DNA of 64,000 nt, from IMG/VR virus record IMGVR_UViG_2917159879_000004, one strand, 5' to 3'. Made by a program: the position numbers and the translations under genes. Shown here one piece after another: positions 9,114 through 17,728 of the stretch. The notes below the pieces were generated by a model that searched no databases, was not told where the DNA came from, and worked only from the letters and a program-made list of their open reading frames with translations. The stretch's first letter is position 1, and each line of letters begins with the position of its first letter. This DNA comes from a virus.

Positions 9114-9324
9114 CGCCTCCAACCACAATCCAGACCCGCGCTACCTGCGCGGGCTGCTCAAGAAAGCTGGCATCAGCCAGCGGCGCGCAGCCGAGCTGCT
9201 CGGCCTCAGTGACAGGGTGATGCGCTATTACCTGAGCGAGGACGTCAAGGAGGGCTACCGTCCCGCGCCGTATACCGTCCAGTTCGCCCTGGAGTGCCTG
9301 GCGAACGACCCGCCATCTGCGTGA
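9100..9324 (+). CDS. aca1: Anti-CRISPR-associated HTH repressor Aca1
   Basis: PDASNHNPDPRYLRGLLKKAGISQRRAAELLGLSDRVMRYYL...PAPYTVQFALECLA. Confidence 0.95.
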   Translation: MLKPDASNHNPDPRYLRGLLKKAGISQRRAAELLGLSDRVMRYYLSEDVKEGYRPAPYTVQFALECLANDPPSA

Positions 9325-9361
9325 TCACCTGATCCGCCCGCAAACGCGCTACACGCGCCGA

Positions 9362-9425
9362 AACGGGGTTAGCCGCTACCTCGCATCAGAGTCGGTGCGT
9401 TAACCCCGTTAGAACCCCGTTAGAA
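9362..9425. repeat. Inverted repeat plus tandem 11-mer in the gpG-protease intergenic region
   Basis: AACGGGGTTA (9362) / TAACCCCGTT (9401); ACCCCGTTAGA twice in tandem. Confidence 0.7.
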
Positions 9426-9486
9426 ATCGTTCCATCGCCATCCGCGTGCCAGGGATTGGCCAAAAGATGGCGCCGGACGGTTTCCG

Positions 9487-9542
9487 CAGTCGTTGAACCC
9501 CTTCCCGTAACCGCCGCGCTCGACCGTCGCCACCATGGCGGC
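9487..9542 (+). promoter_or_regulatory. Putative activator-dependent late promoter 2
   Basis: CAGTCGTTGAACCCCTTCC...GCCACCATGGCGGC-ATG matches 350-408. Confidence 0.65.
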
Positions 9543-10649
9543 ATGAAGAAGAACCGCCTACACGTTGCCATCGCCGCCTGCTCGTTCCAGCTCCCCAAGC
9601 TGGAGGACGGCAGCGCCTGGATTCAAGTTACGCCTGCCGGTGAGTTCTGGCCCATGGATGGGCGCCCTATGGATGTGCCGGGCTGGCGGATCGATGCCGC
9701 CAGTGCCGCCGCAGTGATCGAGCGCGCACGGTCGCGCAAGACCCCGCCCGTCCTGGACTACGAGCACCAGACCCTCAAGAAAGAGCAGAACGGCCAGCCT
9801 GCGCCCGCTGCCGGCCGCTTCCTGGACTTCGAATGGCGCGAAGGCTCCGGCCTGTGGGGGCGTGTCGAATACACCGCCCGCGCCGCGAAGCTGATCGAGG
9901 ACGGCGAGTACCTCTACTTCAGCCCCGTCTTCAGCTACGCCCCGGACGGCACGGTCCTCTCCATCCTCATGGGCGCAATGACAAATGACCCCGCCATCGA
10001 CGGTCTGGAGCCCCTCGCACGCCGAGCGGCCGCGACCTTTGGCCTCTACCACCCCGACGAGGAAACCCCTGTGGATGAACTCCTGAAAGCCATCATCGCG
10101 GCCCTGTCGCTGAAAGAAGGCACGACCGAGGCAGAGGCCATTGCGGCCCTGACCGCCCTTAAGCCGGCCCTGGACGCCCAGGCCACCAACCTGGCCAAGC
10201 TGCGCGAAACCCTCGGCCTGGCCAAGGACGCCGACGTCGAGCAGATCGCCGCCGCCACCGCCCAACTGAAGGTCGCCGCTCCCGGTAACCCTGACCCGGC
10301 GAAGTATGTGCCCGTTGAGGCCGTCGCCCAGCTCCAGGGCCAGGTCGCGGAGCTGACCTCTCGCATCAACGGCGGCGAGCTGGACGGCCTGATCAACAGC
10401 GCTATCCAGGAGGGCCGACTCATTCCGTCCATGGAGCCCTGGGCGCGTGAATACGGCGCCAAGGACTTGGCTGGCTTGAAGAACTACCTGGGCCAGGCCA
10501 AGCCCATCGCCGCCCTGACCCAACAGCAGAGCGCCGGGCGTACCTCGGTGCCTACCTCGGTTGACCAGCTGGACGAGGCCGCCCTCGCGGTTTGCTCGGC
10601 TATGCAGATCAAGCCGGAGGATTACCTCAAGACCCTGAAAGGCCAGTAA
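9543..10649 (+). CDS. Head maturation protease/scaffold (Mu I/Z-like)
   Basis: VLDYEHQT, APAAG, YLYFSPVF and TNDPAIDGL motifs; probable internal scaffold start at GTG 10071 after GAGGA. Confidence 0.9.
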   Translation: MKKNRLHVAIAACSFQLPKLEDGSAWIQVTPAGEFWPMDGRPMDVPGWRIDAASAAAVIERARSRKTPPVLDYEHQTLKKEQNGQPAPAAGRFLDFEWREGSGLWGRVEYTARAAKLIEDGEYLYFSPVFSYAPDGTVLSILMGAMTNDPAIDGLEPLARRAAATFGLYHPDEETPVDELLKAIIAALSLKEGTTEAEAIAALTALKPALDAQATNLAKLRETLGLAKDADVEQIAAATAQLKVAAPGNPDPAKYVPVEAVAQLQGQVAELTSRINGGELDGLINSAIQEGRLIPSMEPWAREYGAKDLAGLKNYLGQAKPIAALTQQQSAGRTSVPTSVDQLDEAALAVCSAMQIKPEDYLKTLKGQ

Positions 10650-10658
10650 GGAGGCGCT

Positions 10659-11057
10659 ATGACCGCCCTGACCACCGACCGCAACACCCCGCTTCAGGAC
10701 GCCGAGGTCATCGGCGTGCCGGTAGCGGCCAACGTCCAGGTCTTCGCCGGCGCCATCGTCGTGGCGAACGCTACCGGGTTCGCCGTAGGCGGCAGCACCG
10801 CCACCGGCTTGACCTACCTGGGCCGCGCTGAGGAATACGTGGACAACCGCAATGGCGCGGACGGCGCCAAGGTCGTCCGCGTGCGCCGCCTGAACGCCTT
10901 CAAGTGGGCGAACGACGGCAGCGTCACCCAGGCGCACCTGATGAAACCCGCCTACATCGTGGACGACCAGACCGTCGCCGCCACGGACGGCACCGAAACC
11001 CGCTCCCCGGCCGGCCGCATCATCGGCGTCGAACCGGACGGCGTGTGGGTGGAATAA
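10659..11057 (+). CDS. Head decoration/cement-like protein
   Basis: Ala/Gly/Val-rich, ends GVWVE; between protease and capsid; strong RBS. Confidence 0.75.
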   Translation: MTALTTDRNTPLQDAEVIGVPVAANVQVFAGAIVVANATGFAVGGSTATGLTYLGRAEEYVDNRNGADGAKVVRVRRLNAFKWANDGSVTQAHLMKPAYIVDDQTVAATDGTETRSPAGRIIGVEPDGVWVE

Positions 11058-11084
11058 CAGGCTCACCAACGGAGAACCGGACAC

Positions 11085-11993
11085 ATGCTGATCAACAAGC
11101 AGAGTCTCAACGCGGCATTCGTCGCGATCAAAACCATCTTCAACAACGCCTTCGCGGCGGCCCCCACCACCTGGCAGAAGATCGCCATGGAAGTGCCGAG
11201 CAACACCAGCAGCAACGATTACAAGTGGTTGAGCACCTTTCCGAAGATGCGCCGCTGGATCGGCGCGAAGGTGGTCAAGAACCTGAAGGCCTACAAGTAC
11301 GTTGTCGAGAACGAGGACTTCGAGGCCACCGTCGAGGTGGACCGCAACGACATCGAGGACGACCAAATCGGCATCTACTCGCCCCAGGCGAAGATGGCCG
11401 GTTACTCGGCGGCTCAGCTCCCGGACGAGCTGGTCTATGAAGCGGTCAACGGCGCCTTCACCAAGCCCTGTTTCGACGGCCAGTATTTCATCGACACGGA
11501 TCACCCTGTCGGTGATGCCTCGGTGAGCAACAAGGGCACCGCTCCGCTTTCCAACGCCAACCAGGCGGCGGCGAAGGCAGGTTATGGCGCTGCTCGCACT
11601 GCGATGAAGAAGTTCAAAGACGAGGAAGGACGTTCCCTCAACGTCTCCCCCAACGTGCTCCTGGTCGGCCCGGCGCTGGAAGACGTGGCGAAGATGCTGC
11701 TCACCAACCCGAAGCTCGCGGACAACACCCCGAACCCCCACGTCGGCACTGCTGAGCTGGTAGTGGACGGGCGTATCGAGTCCGACACCGCCTGGTTCCT
11801 GCTGGACACCACCAAGCCGGTAAAACCGTTCATCTTCCAGCCCAGGAAGCAGCCGGAATTCGTTTCCCAGGTCAACCTGGATTCGGATGACGTCTTCAAC
11901 CTGCGCAAGCTGAAGTTCGGCGCCGAAGCCCGCGCTGCTGCCGGTTACGGCTTCTGGCAGCTGGCCTATGGCTCCACCGGCACTGGCGCATAA
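11085..11993 (+). CDS. Major capsid protein (Mu gpT-like)
   Basis: FEATVEVDRNDIEDD, CFDGQYFIDTDHPV, VKPFIFQPRK and GYGFWQLAYGS motifs. Confidence 0.93.
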   Translation: MLINKQSLNAAFVAIKTIFNNAFAAAPTTWQKIAMEVPSNTSSNDYKWLSTFPKMRRWIGAKVVKNLKAYKYVVENEDFEATVEVDRNDIEDDQIGIYSPQAKMAGYSAAQLPDELVYEAVNGAFTKPCFDGQYFIDTDHPVGDASVSNKGTAPLSNANQAAAKAGYGAARTAMKKFKDEEGRSLNVSPNVLLVGPALEDVAKMLLTNPKLADNTPNPHVGTAELVVDGRIESDTAWFLLDTTKPVKPFIFQPRKQPEFVSQVNLDSDDVFNLRKLKFGAEARAAAGYGFWQLAYGSTGTGA

Positions 11994-12004
11994 GGGGGCA
12001 GCTC

Positions 12005-12307
12005 ATGGCACGCAAAGCCGCAACTACCGCCAAGCCGACCGCCAGGCTGGCCCGCCAGGCGGCGGGCGATGAAGCCCAGCAGAGCGTCGAGGGCATCTTC
12101 GTGCGCAGCTATCCGCCGACCTTCCGGCGTGCTGGCTTCGCGTTCACCAGCGAAGGAATCGGAATCGCCCTGTCCGCCCTGACCGAGGCGCAGCTCAAGG
12201 CCATCAAGGAAGAGCCCCAGCTGCGCGTCGAGTCCTGCGAGTTCCTGCCGGACGACGTCGGCGGCGAGGGTGAGCCGCCCGCGTCGGACAACGACACCCA
12301 GGAATAA
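12005..12307 (+). CDS. Mu gp35/HI1506-like protein
   Basis: FRRAGFAF...LTEAQLKAIKEEPQLRV motif; follows the capsid gene. Confidence 0.7.
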   Translation: MARKAATTAKPTARLARQAAGDEAQQSVEGIFVRSYPPTFRRAGFAFTSEGIGIALSALTEAQLKAIKEEPQLRVESCEFLPDDVGGEGEPPASDNDTQE

Positions 12308-12369
12308 CCCACCCCAGCAGAGGGACCGCCCCTGGCCACGGATGGCCACCTATTCATCAGGAGTTCGAC

Positions 12370-12546
12370 ATGAGCGACCACACCCTGGCCATCAGTCAAC
12401 TGACCATCGCCGCGCAGAACGCCGAGCACAATGCTCCGATCATCGAAGCCCAGGGCGACCTCGCCCAGGCCGAGCTGGATCGCCGGGTCGCTGCCGAGTG
12501 CCATAGCGCCATCGACGTCCTGGAGCACCAGGAGCAGCAACAGTGA
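12370..12546 (+). CDS. Small hypothetical protein (58 aa; absent from the ORF track)
   Basis: AGGAG RBS, MSDHTLAISQLTIAAQNAEHNAPII...; GTGA-coupled to the next gene. Confidence 0.65.
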   Translation: MSDHTLAISQLTIAAQNAEHNAPIIEAQGDLAQAELDRRVAAECHSAIDVLEHQEQQQ

Positions 12547-12959
12547 GCTATTGCACCCAGGCCGACCTGGTCGAGCAGTACGGCGAGGCGTCCATCCGCC
12601 AGCTGAGCGACCGCGTCAATAAACCCGCCACGACCATCGATCCGGCGGTCGTGGCCCAGGCTATCGCCGATGCGGACGCGGAGATCGATCTCCACCTGCA
12701 CGCCCGCTACCAGCTGCCGCTGGCCCAGGTGCCTGTGGTGCTGAAGCGCGTAGCGTGCGTGCTGGCATTTGCCAACCTGCACACCCAGGTCAAGGACGAC
12801 CACCCCGCGATCCTGGATGCCGAGCGCAAGCGGAAGCTGCTGGGCGGCATTTCCTCCGGGAAGCTCAGCCTGGCCTTGACCAGCTCCGGCACCCCGGCGC
12901 CCATTGCCAATACCGTTCAAATCAGTTCGCAACGCAACGATTTCGGGGGCACCTGGTGA
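12543..12959 (+). CDS. Head-tail connector (Mu gp36/DUF1320-like)
   Basis: SYCTQADL...AIADADAEID...RYQLPL motif. Confidence 0.85.
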   Translation: MSYCTQADLVEQYGEASIRQLSDRVNKPATTIDPAVVAQAIADADAEIDLHLHARYQLPLAQVPVVLKRVACVLAFANLHTQVKDDHPAILDAERKRKLLGGISSGKLSLALTSSGTPAPIANTVQISSQRNDFGGTW

Positions 12960-13435
12960 GCACTGCCGAGCCGTTCGATTACCTGTTCCTGGAGACGCTC
13001 CTGGTCGAGCGCATCCGCGCCGAGGTGCCCGGCCTTCAGGACGTTTCGGGCATCCCCGATCTGGCCACCCTCGACGAACAGCGCCAGGGCTCGCCTTGCG
13101 TCTATGTCGTCTACCTGGGCGACGAGATCGGCACCGGGGCGTCGCACCAGGGCGGCAGTCGGGCGATTCAGACGGTCACCCAGCACTGGGCAGCCGTGCT
13201 GACGTTGTACTACGCCGACGCCCAGGGCGACGGCCAGGGCGCCCGGCGCGAAGCCGGCCCGCTGCTCGGCCAGCTGCTCAAGGCACTGACCGGCTGGGTT
13301 CCTGATCAGGGCGTCAGCCCGCTGGCCCGCAGCCCGCAGGCTTCGCCAGTCAGCTACAGCAACGGGTTCTTCTATTTCCCGCTGGTATTCACCGCCAACT
13401 TTGTCTTCCCGAGGCTCAAGTCATGGAAACCGTAA
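12956..13435 (+). CDS. Tail terminator (Mu gp37-like)
   Basis: Position; KALTGWVP motif; homologous to 31390..31845. Confidence 0.7.
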   Translation: MSTAEPFDYLFLETLLVERIRAEVPGLQDVSGIPDLATLDEQRQGSPCVYVVYLGDEIGTGASHQGGSRAIQTVTQHWAAVLTLYYADAQGDGQGARREAGPLLGQLLKALTGWVPDQGVSPLARSPQASPVSYSNGFFYFPLVFTANFVFPRLKSWKP

Positions 13436-13602
13436 AAGTCACCATCACCGCCGAGAAACCCAATCACACCCATGCCGGCAAGCCGGTGGCGCAGGGCGAC
13501 GAGATCGAAGTCAGTCGCGCCGATGCCGAGTTTCTGCTGCGCCGTCAATTGATCACCAAGATTCCCGCCGAGCCCAAGGCCGACGAGAAACGCGACAAGT
13601 AA
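13423..13602 (+). CDS. Small virion-associated protein (59 aa; absent from the ORF track)
   Basis: METVKVTITAEKPNHTHAGKPVAQGDEIEV...; homologous to 31184..31393 (HTHAG motif). Confidence 0.7.
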   Translation: METVKVTITAEKPNHTHAGKPVAQGDEIEVSRADAEFLLRRQLITKIPAEPKADEKRDK

Positions 13603-13634
13603 CGCGCAACATCTGATTCCTACGGAGGCCTCAC

Positions 13635-14405
13635 ATGGCACAGGAAACGTATTTCTACGGGCAAGGTGAGATTGACGCCGCGCCTATCGTCAACGGCGTC
13701 CTCGGCAAATGGCGCTGGATTCAGGATGTCTCGGCCATGAGCATCCAGCTCGCAGTCGAGAAGGTCGAGCACAAGGAAAGCTACAGCGGCCAGAAAGCCC
13801 TGGTCCGAAGCTTCCCCATCGGCAAGACCGCCACCGTCAACATCACCCTGCACAGCATCGGCCCAGACAACCTGGCGCTTACCCTCTATGGCAAGGTCGT
13901 GGCCAAGGCGGCGGGCTCCGTGACGGGCGAGGTACTCCCCGCCGACCTGGTGGCTGGCGATGTGATCCGCTTGGCCAATTTCGGCGTCAGCGAACTGGTC
14001 ATCACCGACAGCGCGAGCAGCCCGGCGCCCCTCGACCCGCAGTATTACGCCCTGCGAGCCGATGGCGCCTACGGCGAGGTCCAACTGCTGGGTCTGCCGA
14101 CGCCGGCCCCGACCCAGCCGTTCAAAGCGGCCTATGAGTACGCCGCCACCAAGCAGGTGGGCATGTTCACCGCGCCGCAGCCGACCGTTGCCCTGCGCTA
14201 TAAGGGCATCAACCTGGCCGAAGGCGGCGCGCCGGTCATCGTCGAGCTGTACAAGGTCGCGACCGACCCGCTCCAGGAGCTGGCATTGATCAGCGACGGC
14301 AACACCGTCGCCGGTATGCAGATCAGCGGCGGAATCCTGCTGGACACCAGCAAGCCGGATACCGGCGACCTGGGCCGCTTCGGCCGCATTATTCAGCTGG
14401 GGTGA
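13635..14405 (+). CDS. Major tail tube protein
   Basis: YFYGQG...KESYSGQ...LGRFGRI; homologous to 30428..31180; precedes chaperone and TMP. Confidence 0.8.
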   Translation: MAQETYFYGQGEIDAAPIVNGVLGKWRWIQDVSAMSIQLAVEKVEHKESYSGQKALVRSFPIGKTATVNITLHSIGPDNLALTLYGKVVAKAAGSVTGEVLPADLVAGDVIRLANFGVSELVITDSASSPAPLDPQYYALRADGAYGEVQLLGLPTPAPTQPFKAAYEYAATKQVGMFTAPQPTVALRYKGINLAEGGAPVIVELYKVATDPLQELALISDGNTVAGMQISGGILLDTSKPDTGDLGRFGRIIQLG

Positions 14406-14408
14406 GTC

Positions 14409-14894
14409 ATGAAGAAGCCGAACGACACCCCCGTCGATGACAGCCTGGAAGTTCTGTTCCCCGACCGTCGTTTGACGGTCGGGGGCGAGGACCTGGTTGT
14501 CCGCGAGCTGACCTTCGAAGAGCAGCTCACCCACCACGCGGCCCTCAAGGCCATTGCCGAGGCGTTCCTCCAGGTGCCGCGTGAACACCTCGAAGGAGTC
14601 GAGGGCGCGACCATTGCGTTGGACGTGCTGACGGAGCACTGGAAGCTCGTTCTGCCGTTGATTGCCGTGAGCTGTGGCAAGGCGGATGACTGGGTCCGTT
14701 CGCTCCGTCCAAGCGACGGTGAGTCCCTGATGCTGGTCTGGTGGGCAGCCAACCAGGTTTTTTTCGTCCGCCGCCTGTGGCGCCCGATAGTAGTGGCTCA
14801 AGCCCTCCAACAACGTGGGGTCGAGTCTTCGCCTGCCTCGTCGCAGCAGGACACCAGCGCGACCAGCTCGGCCGCTACACCGAGCGACAGCTAA
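14409..14894 (+). CDS. Tail assembly chaperone (G)
   Basis: Between tube and TMP; slippery heptamer T TTT TTC at 14759-14765. Confidence 0.75.
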   Translation: MKKPNDTPVDDSLEVLFPDRRLTVGGEDLVVRELTFEEQLTHHAALKAIAEAFLQVPREHLEGVEGATIALDVLTEHWKLVLPLIAVSCGKADDWVRSLRPSDGESLMLVWWAANQVFFVRRLWRPIVVAQALQQRGVESSPASSQQDTSATSSAATPSDS

Positions 14895-15022
14895 TGCTGT
14901 TCTTCCGCGAAGCCGAGGCAGAAAAGGGCCGCCAGCAAGCCCGCGAGCTGATGGCGGTCAACCATGGCTTCGCCGGGGGCTCTGTAGCGATTGCCGCCTA
15001 TGATCAGCTCATGAGTAATTGA
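14759..15022 (+). CDS. Tail assembly chaperone -1 frameshift extension (GT)
   Basis: -1 frame is open to 15022; WGRVFACLVAAG...TERQL is conserved with the -1 frame of the second phage. Confidence 0.65.
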   Translation, partial: FFRPPPVAPDSSGSSPPTTWGRVFACLVAAGHQRDQLGRYTERQLMLFFREAEAEKGRQQARELMAVNHGFAGGSVAIAAYDQLMSN

Positions 15023-17049
15023 ACGTGGCCGACCAAGACCTTGTATTAGCCCTGCGCATCCGCGCTGACCTTCAGCAGGGTGCGGACCAGGTCGAGGAAC
15101 TGTCCGACTCGATCCAAGCCGCTGGCGACCATGCCAGCCAGGCTGGCCGGGAGCTGTCCGGTTTGGGGGAGACGGCCGACCAGCAGGCGGCCCGGATCAA
15201 GGCGATGGTCGCCGCCTCCCTGCAACAGCGGGAAGCGCTGGACGCGCTGGCGGAAAGTTCGGATCGGATGAACACCGCCACGCGGGCAGCCACCAGCGGC
15301 TGGCAGGAAAGCGCCCGCGCTCAATCGGCGTCGATGAATGCCTACCACAACGCCGAGCGCGCCCGCGAACAGCAGGTTGCAGCCGAGCAACGAGCGGCCG
15401 AGGCAGCGGCGAAAGCGACCGCCGAGTTCGACCGGCAGCAGGCCGAGCTGGGCAAACTGCTCGCGGCCATCGACCCGGTCACTCGCGAGCTGGAGAAACT
15501 CGACAGCCTCCAGGCGCGCCTGAATGCTGCCAAGGGTCGAGGGATCGACCCGGACGTCTTTACGACCTACAACGCCAAGCTCCAGGAGCAACGGGACCGC
15601 CTGCTCGGCACGTCTGACGCCATGGCCGTGGCCGGCATTTCGGCAGGTCAGTACCGCCAGGCCATGCGGCAGTTGCCGGCGCAGATCACCGACGTGGTCA
15701 CCAGCCTGGCCAGCGGGATGCCGCTGTGGATGGTTGCCATCCAGCAAGGCGGGCAGATCAAGGACAGTTTCGGTGGCGTCGGCGCGACGTTCCAAGCGCT
15801 GGGCGACCAGGTCAAATCGTTCTTCGGGATCGCGAGTAACGCTAGCGACGGCCTGGACGACATCGCCCGAGGGGCGGACGCTGCCGCAGCGTCGGCCAAC
15901 AACGCCAAGACGGCTATGGTAGGCCTCAGCGGAGCAGGTAGCGCCTTTATCGTCATCGGCGCGGCGGTGGCCGCTGCGGGCGTGGCGCTGGCTCTGGCGT
16001 ATGAGAAAGGCAGCTCAGAGGCGGACGAGCTGAACAAGGCCATTGTCCTGACCGGCAACTATGCCGGCACCACCGCCGGGCAACTGTCCGCCATGGCGGC
16101 GTCACTCGCCAGGGCGAACGGCACTCAGTATGAGGCCGTGGCGGTACTGTCGGAAATCACCGCGACCGGCAAGTTCACGGTTGACCAGATCGAGCAGGTT
16201 GCCACTACCTCCATCGCGATGCAGGAAGCGACCGGCAAGGCTGTTTCGGATACGGTCGCCGAGTTCTCCAAGCTGGCCGACGAACCGGTCAAAGCCTCGC
16301 AGCAGCTCAACGAGAAATATCACTACCTGACCGCCTCGGTTTACGAGCAGATAGCCGCCCTCGATCAGCAAGGCGATTCGCTGGGTGCCGCCCAGCTGGC
16401 CATGGACGCCTATAGCCAGGCAATGGACGAGCGGGCGAGCCAGATCGTCGAGAACCTGGGCACCCTGGAAACCGCTTGGAAGACCGTTGCCGGGGTGGCC
16501 AAGGGCGCCTGGGACGAAATGCTCGGCGTGGGCCGGACGGAGACGCCCGAGGAACGCCTGGAGCAACTGACCAAGGGGCAGGCCTTCCAGCCGGGGCGCG
16601 CTGTGGCCAGCGGGGCTGTCTTCGGCCCCTTGGGCTGGTTCAACGAGCTACGCAAGGCGTATCAGCGCAGCTCGATGTCGGACGACGAGCGCGGGAAGCA
16701 ATTCACCGATGCCCTCCAGGAAATCCAGGACGAGGGCGAGAAGGCGCAGAAGGCGCGCCTGGATCGCTACCTGGAGGACGAGGCAATACGCGGCCAGCAG
16801 AGCATGGACAAGCTGCTGGAGTCGGTGCGCACCAACAAGGAAAAGCGCGACAAGCTCAACAGGGAGCTGGACCGGAGCATTGCCGCGATCCAGGCGGCTA
16901 ACCCGAACGACGAACGCCTGCGGCCGGAAAATATCGCCGCCGCTCGCAAGGCCATCGATCAGAAGTACAAAGACCCGAAAACCCCGAAAGGACCGTCTAC
17001 GCCCCTCGACCAGTCCAGCGTCACCGAGGCGAAGAACCGCCTGGTGTAG
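15019..17049 (+). pseudogene. Tape measure protein, N-terminal 675 codons, interrupted by the prophage insertion
   Basis: Lambda-like TMP motifs (LPAQITDVVTSLASG..QQGGQIKDSFGG). The frame stops 5 nt inside the inserted element and resumes at 56877. Confidence 0.92.
17039..17044. repeat. Target-site duplication, left copy (GCCTGG)
   Basis: Identical to 56871-56876; abuts the TG end of the insert. Confidence 0.92.
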
Positions 17050-17092
17050 CGCGGCGCGAAATTTGGCGCGGATTTGCGCAATAAATGACGCG
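17045..17092. repeat. Prophage terminus (tail side) with ~11-bp periodic GCGC-(A/T) repeats
   Basis: GGCGCGAAATTT, GGCGCGGATTT, GCGCAATAAAT and GACGCG in tandem. Confidence 0.65.
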
Positions 17093-17131
17093 CCCTAACC
17101 GTTTCGCCAGCGGCAAAAGAATTTCAAAAGA

Positions 17132-17356
17132 TCAGCACAGCACGACGATATCGCCATCGGCTACCCGCTCAGACAGAGCGGTCAGCTTGCCGATGCCCTC
17201 CCGCAGGAATCGGCTCAGCTGTTCGAAGCATTCCTGCTGATCCTGCGAGAGGCTGAATTCGGACGCCATGGTATCCATCAGGTCAAGGCAGCACTGGTTT
17301 AGGAAACCGACCTCTAGCAGCTCCGCCCGCAGTCTCCGTCTAAGCATCTCGTTCAT
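17132..17356 (-). CDS. Terminal accessory protein (74 aa, helical); possible Zip-like pilus-blocking moron
   Basis: Last gene before the prophage end; has its own AT-rich upstream region with extended -10 TGCTACGGT. Function inferred from position and size only. Confidence 0.6.
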   Translation of the reverse strand: MNEMLRRRLRAELLEVGFLNQCCLDLMDTMASEFSLSQDQQECFEQLSRFLREGIGKLTALSERVADGDIVVLC

Positions 17357-17434
17357 ACCAACATCCCTATCTACTCCGCACATCAGCTAGGGACCGTAGC
17401 AAAAAGGCGACGTTGGTCACAATTATCAAAACGC

Positions 17435-17728
17435 TTAGGACTGGGGGAGCGGATAGCGTTCTTTGATCGCCTGCACGGCCGCGACCCATGCCGCCAGGTC
17501 CGGCTCGGTACCAGCGGCTATGGCGTCAAACTCGGCCTCCAGGCGCAGCGGGTCGGACTCGGTGCGATAGGCCTGGCGGCGCAGCTCCTGGACCTCGGCC
17601 AGCACGTCATCCGGGTGGAACGCCAAGTCGCCGACAGGGACGCCAGCGAGTGCAGCGGCCTCGTCCAGCGTGCCATCCCATTCCGCGAAGAACTCGCCTT
17701 TCAGTAGAACTCGTTTCGTCATTGTCAT
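17435..17728 (-). CDS. Putative tail fibre assembly protein
   Basis: RRQAYRTESDPL...WVAAVQAIKERYP motif; ATGA-coupled to the fibre gene. Confidence 0.7.
   Translation of the reverse strand: MTMTKRVLLKGEFFAEWDGTLDEAAALAGVPVGDLAFHPDDVLAEVQELRRQAYRTESDPLRLEAEFDAIAAGTEPDLAAWVAAVQAIKERYPLPQS

Larger units (their letters stand above)
1..17044 (+). mobile_element. D3112-like (Mu-like) transposable prophage, left portion (left end outside window)
   Basis: Mu-like gene order: Mor - lysis - terS/terL - portal - gpF - gpG - acr locus - protease - capsid - tail tube - TMP. The acrIF2+acrIE4+aca1 set is as in D3112. Confidence 0.9.

Noticed and set aside
9558..11741. 727-aa minus-strand ORF
   Set aside because: Antisense shadow of the protease, decoration and capsid genes in GC-rich DNA; no RBS or motif.
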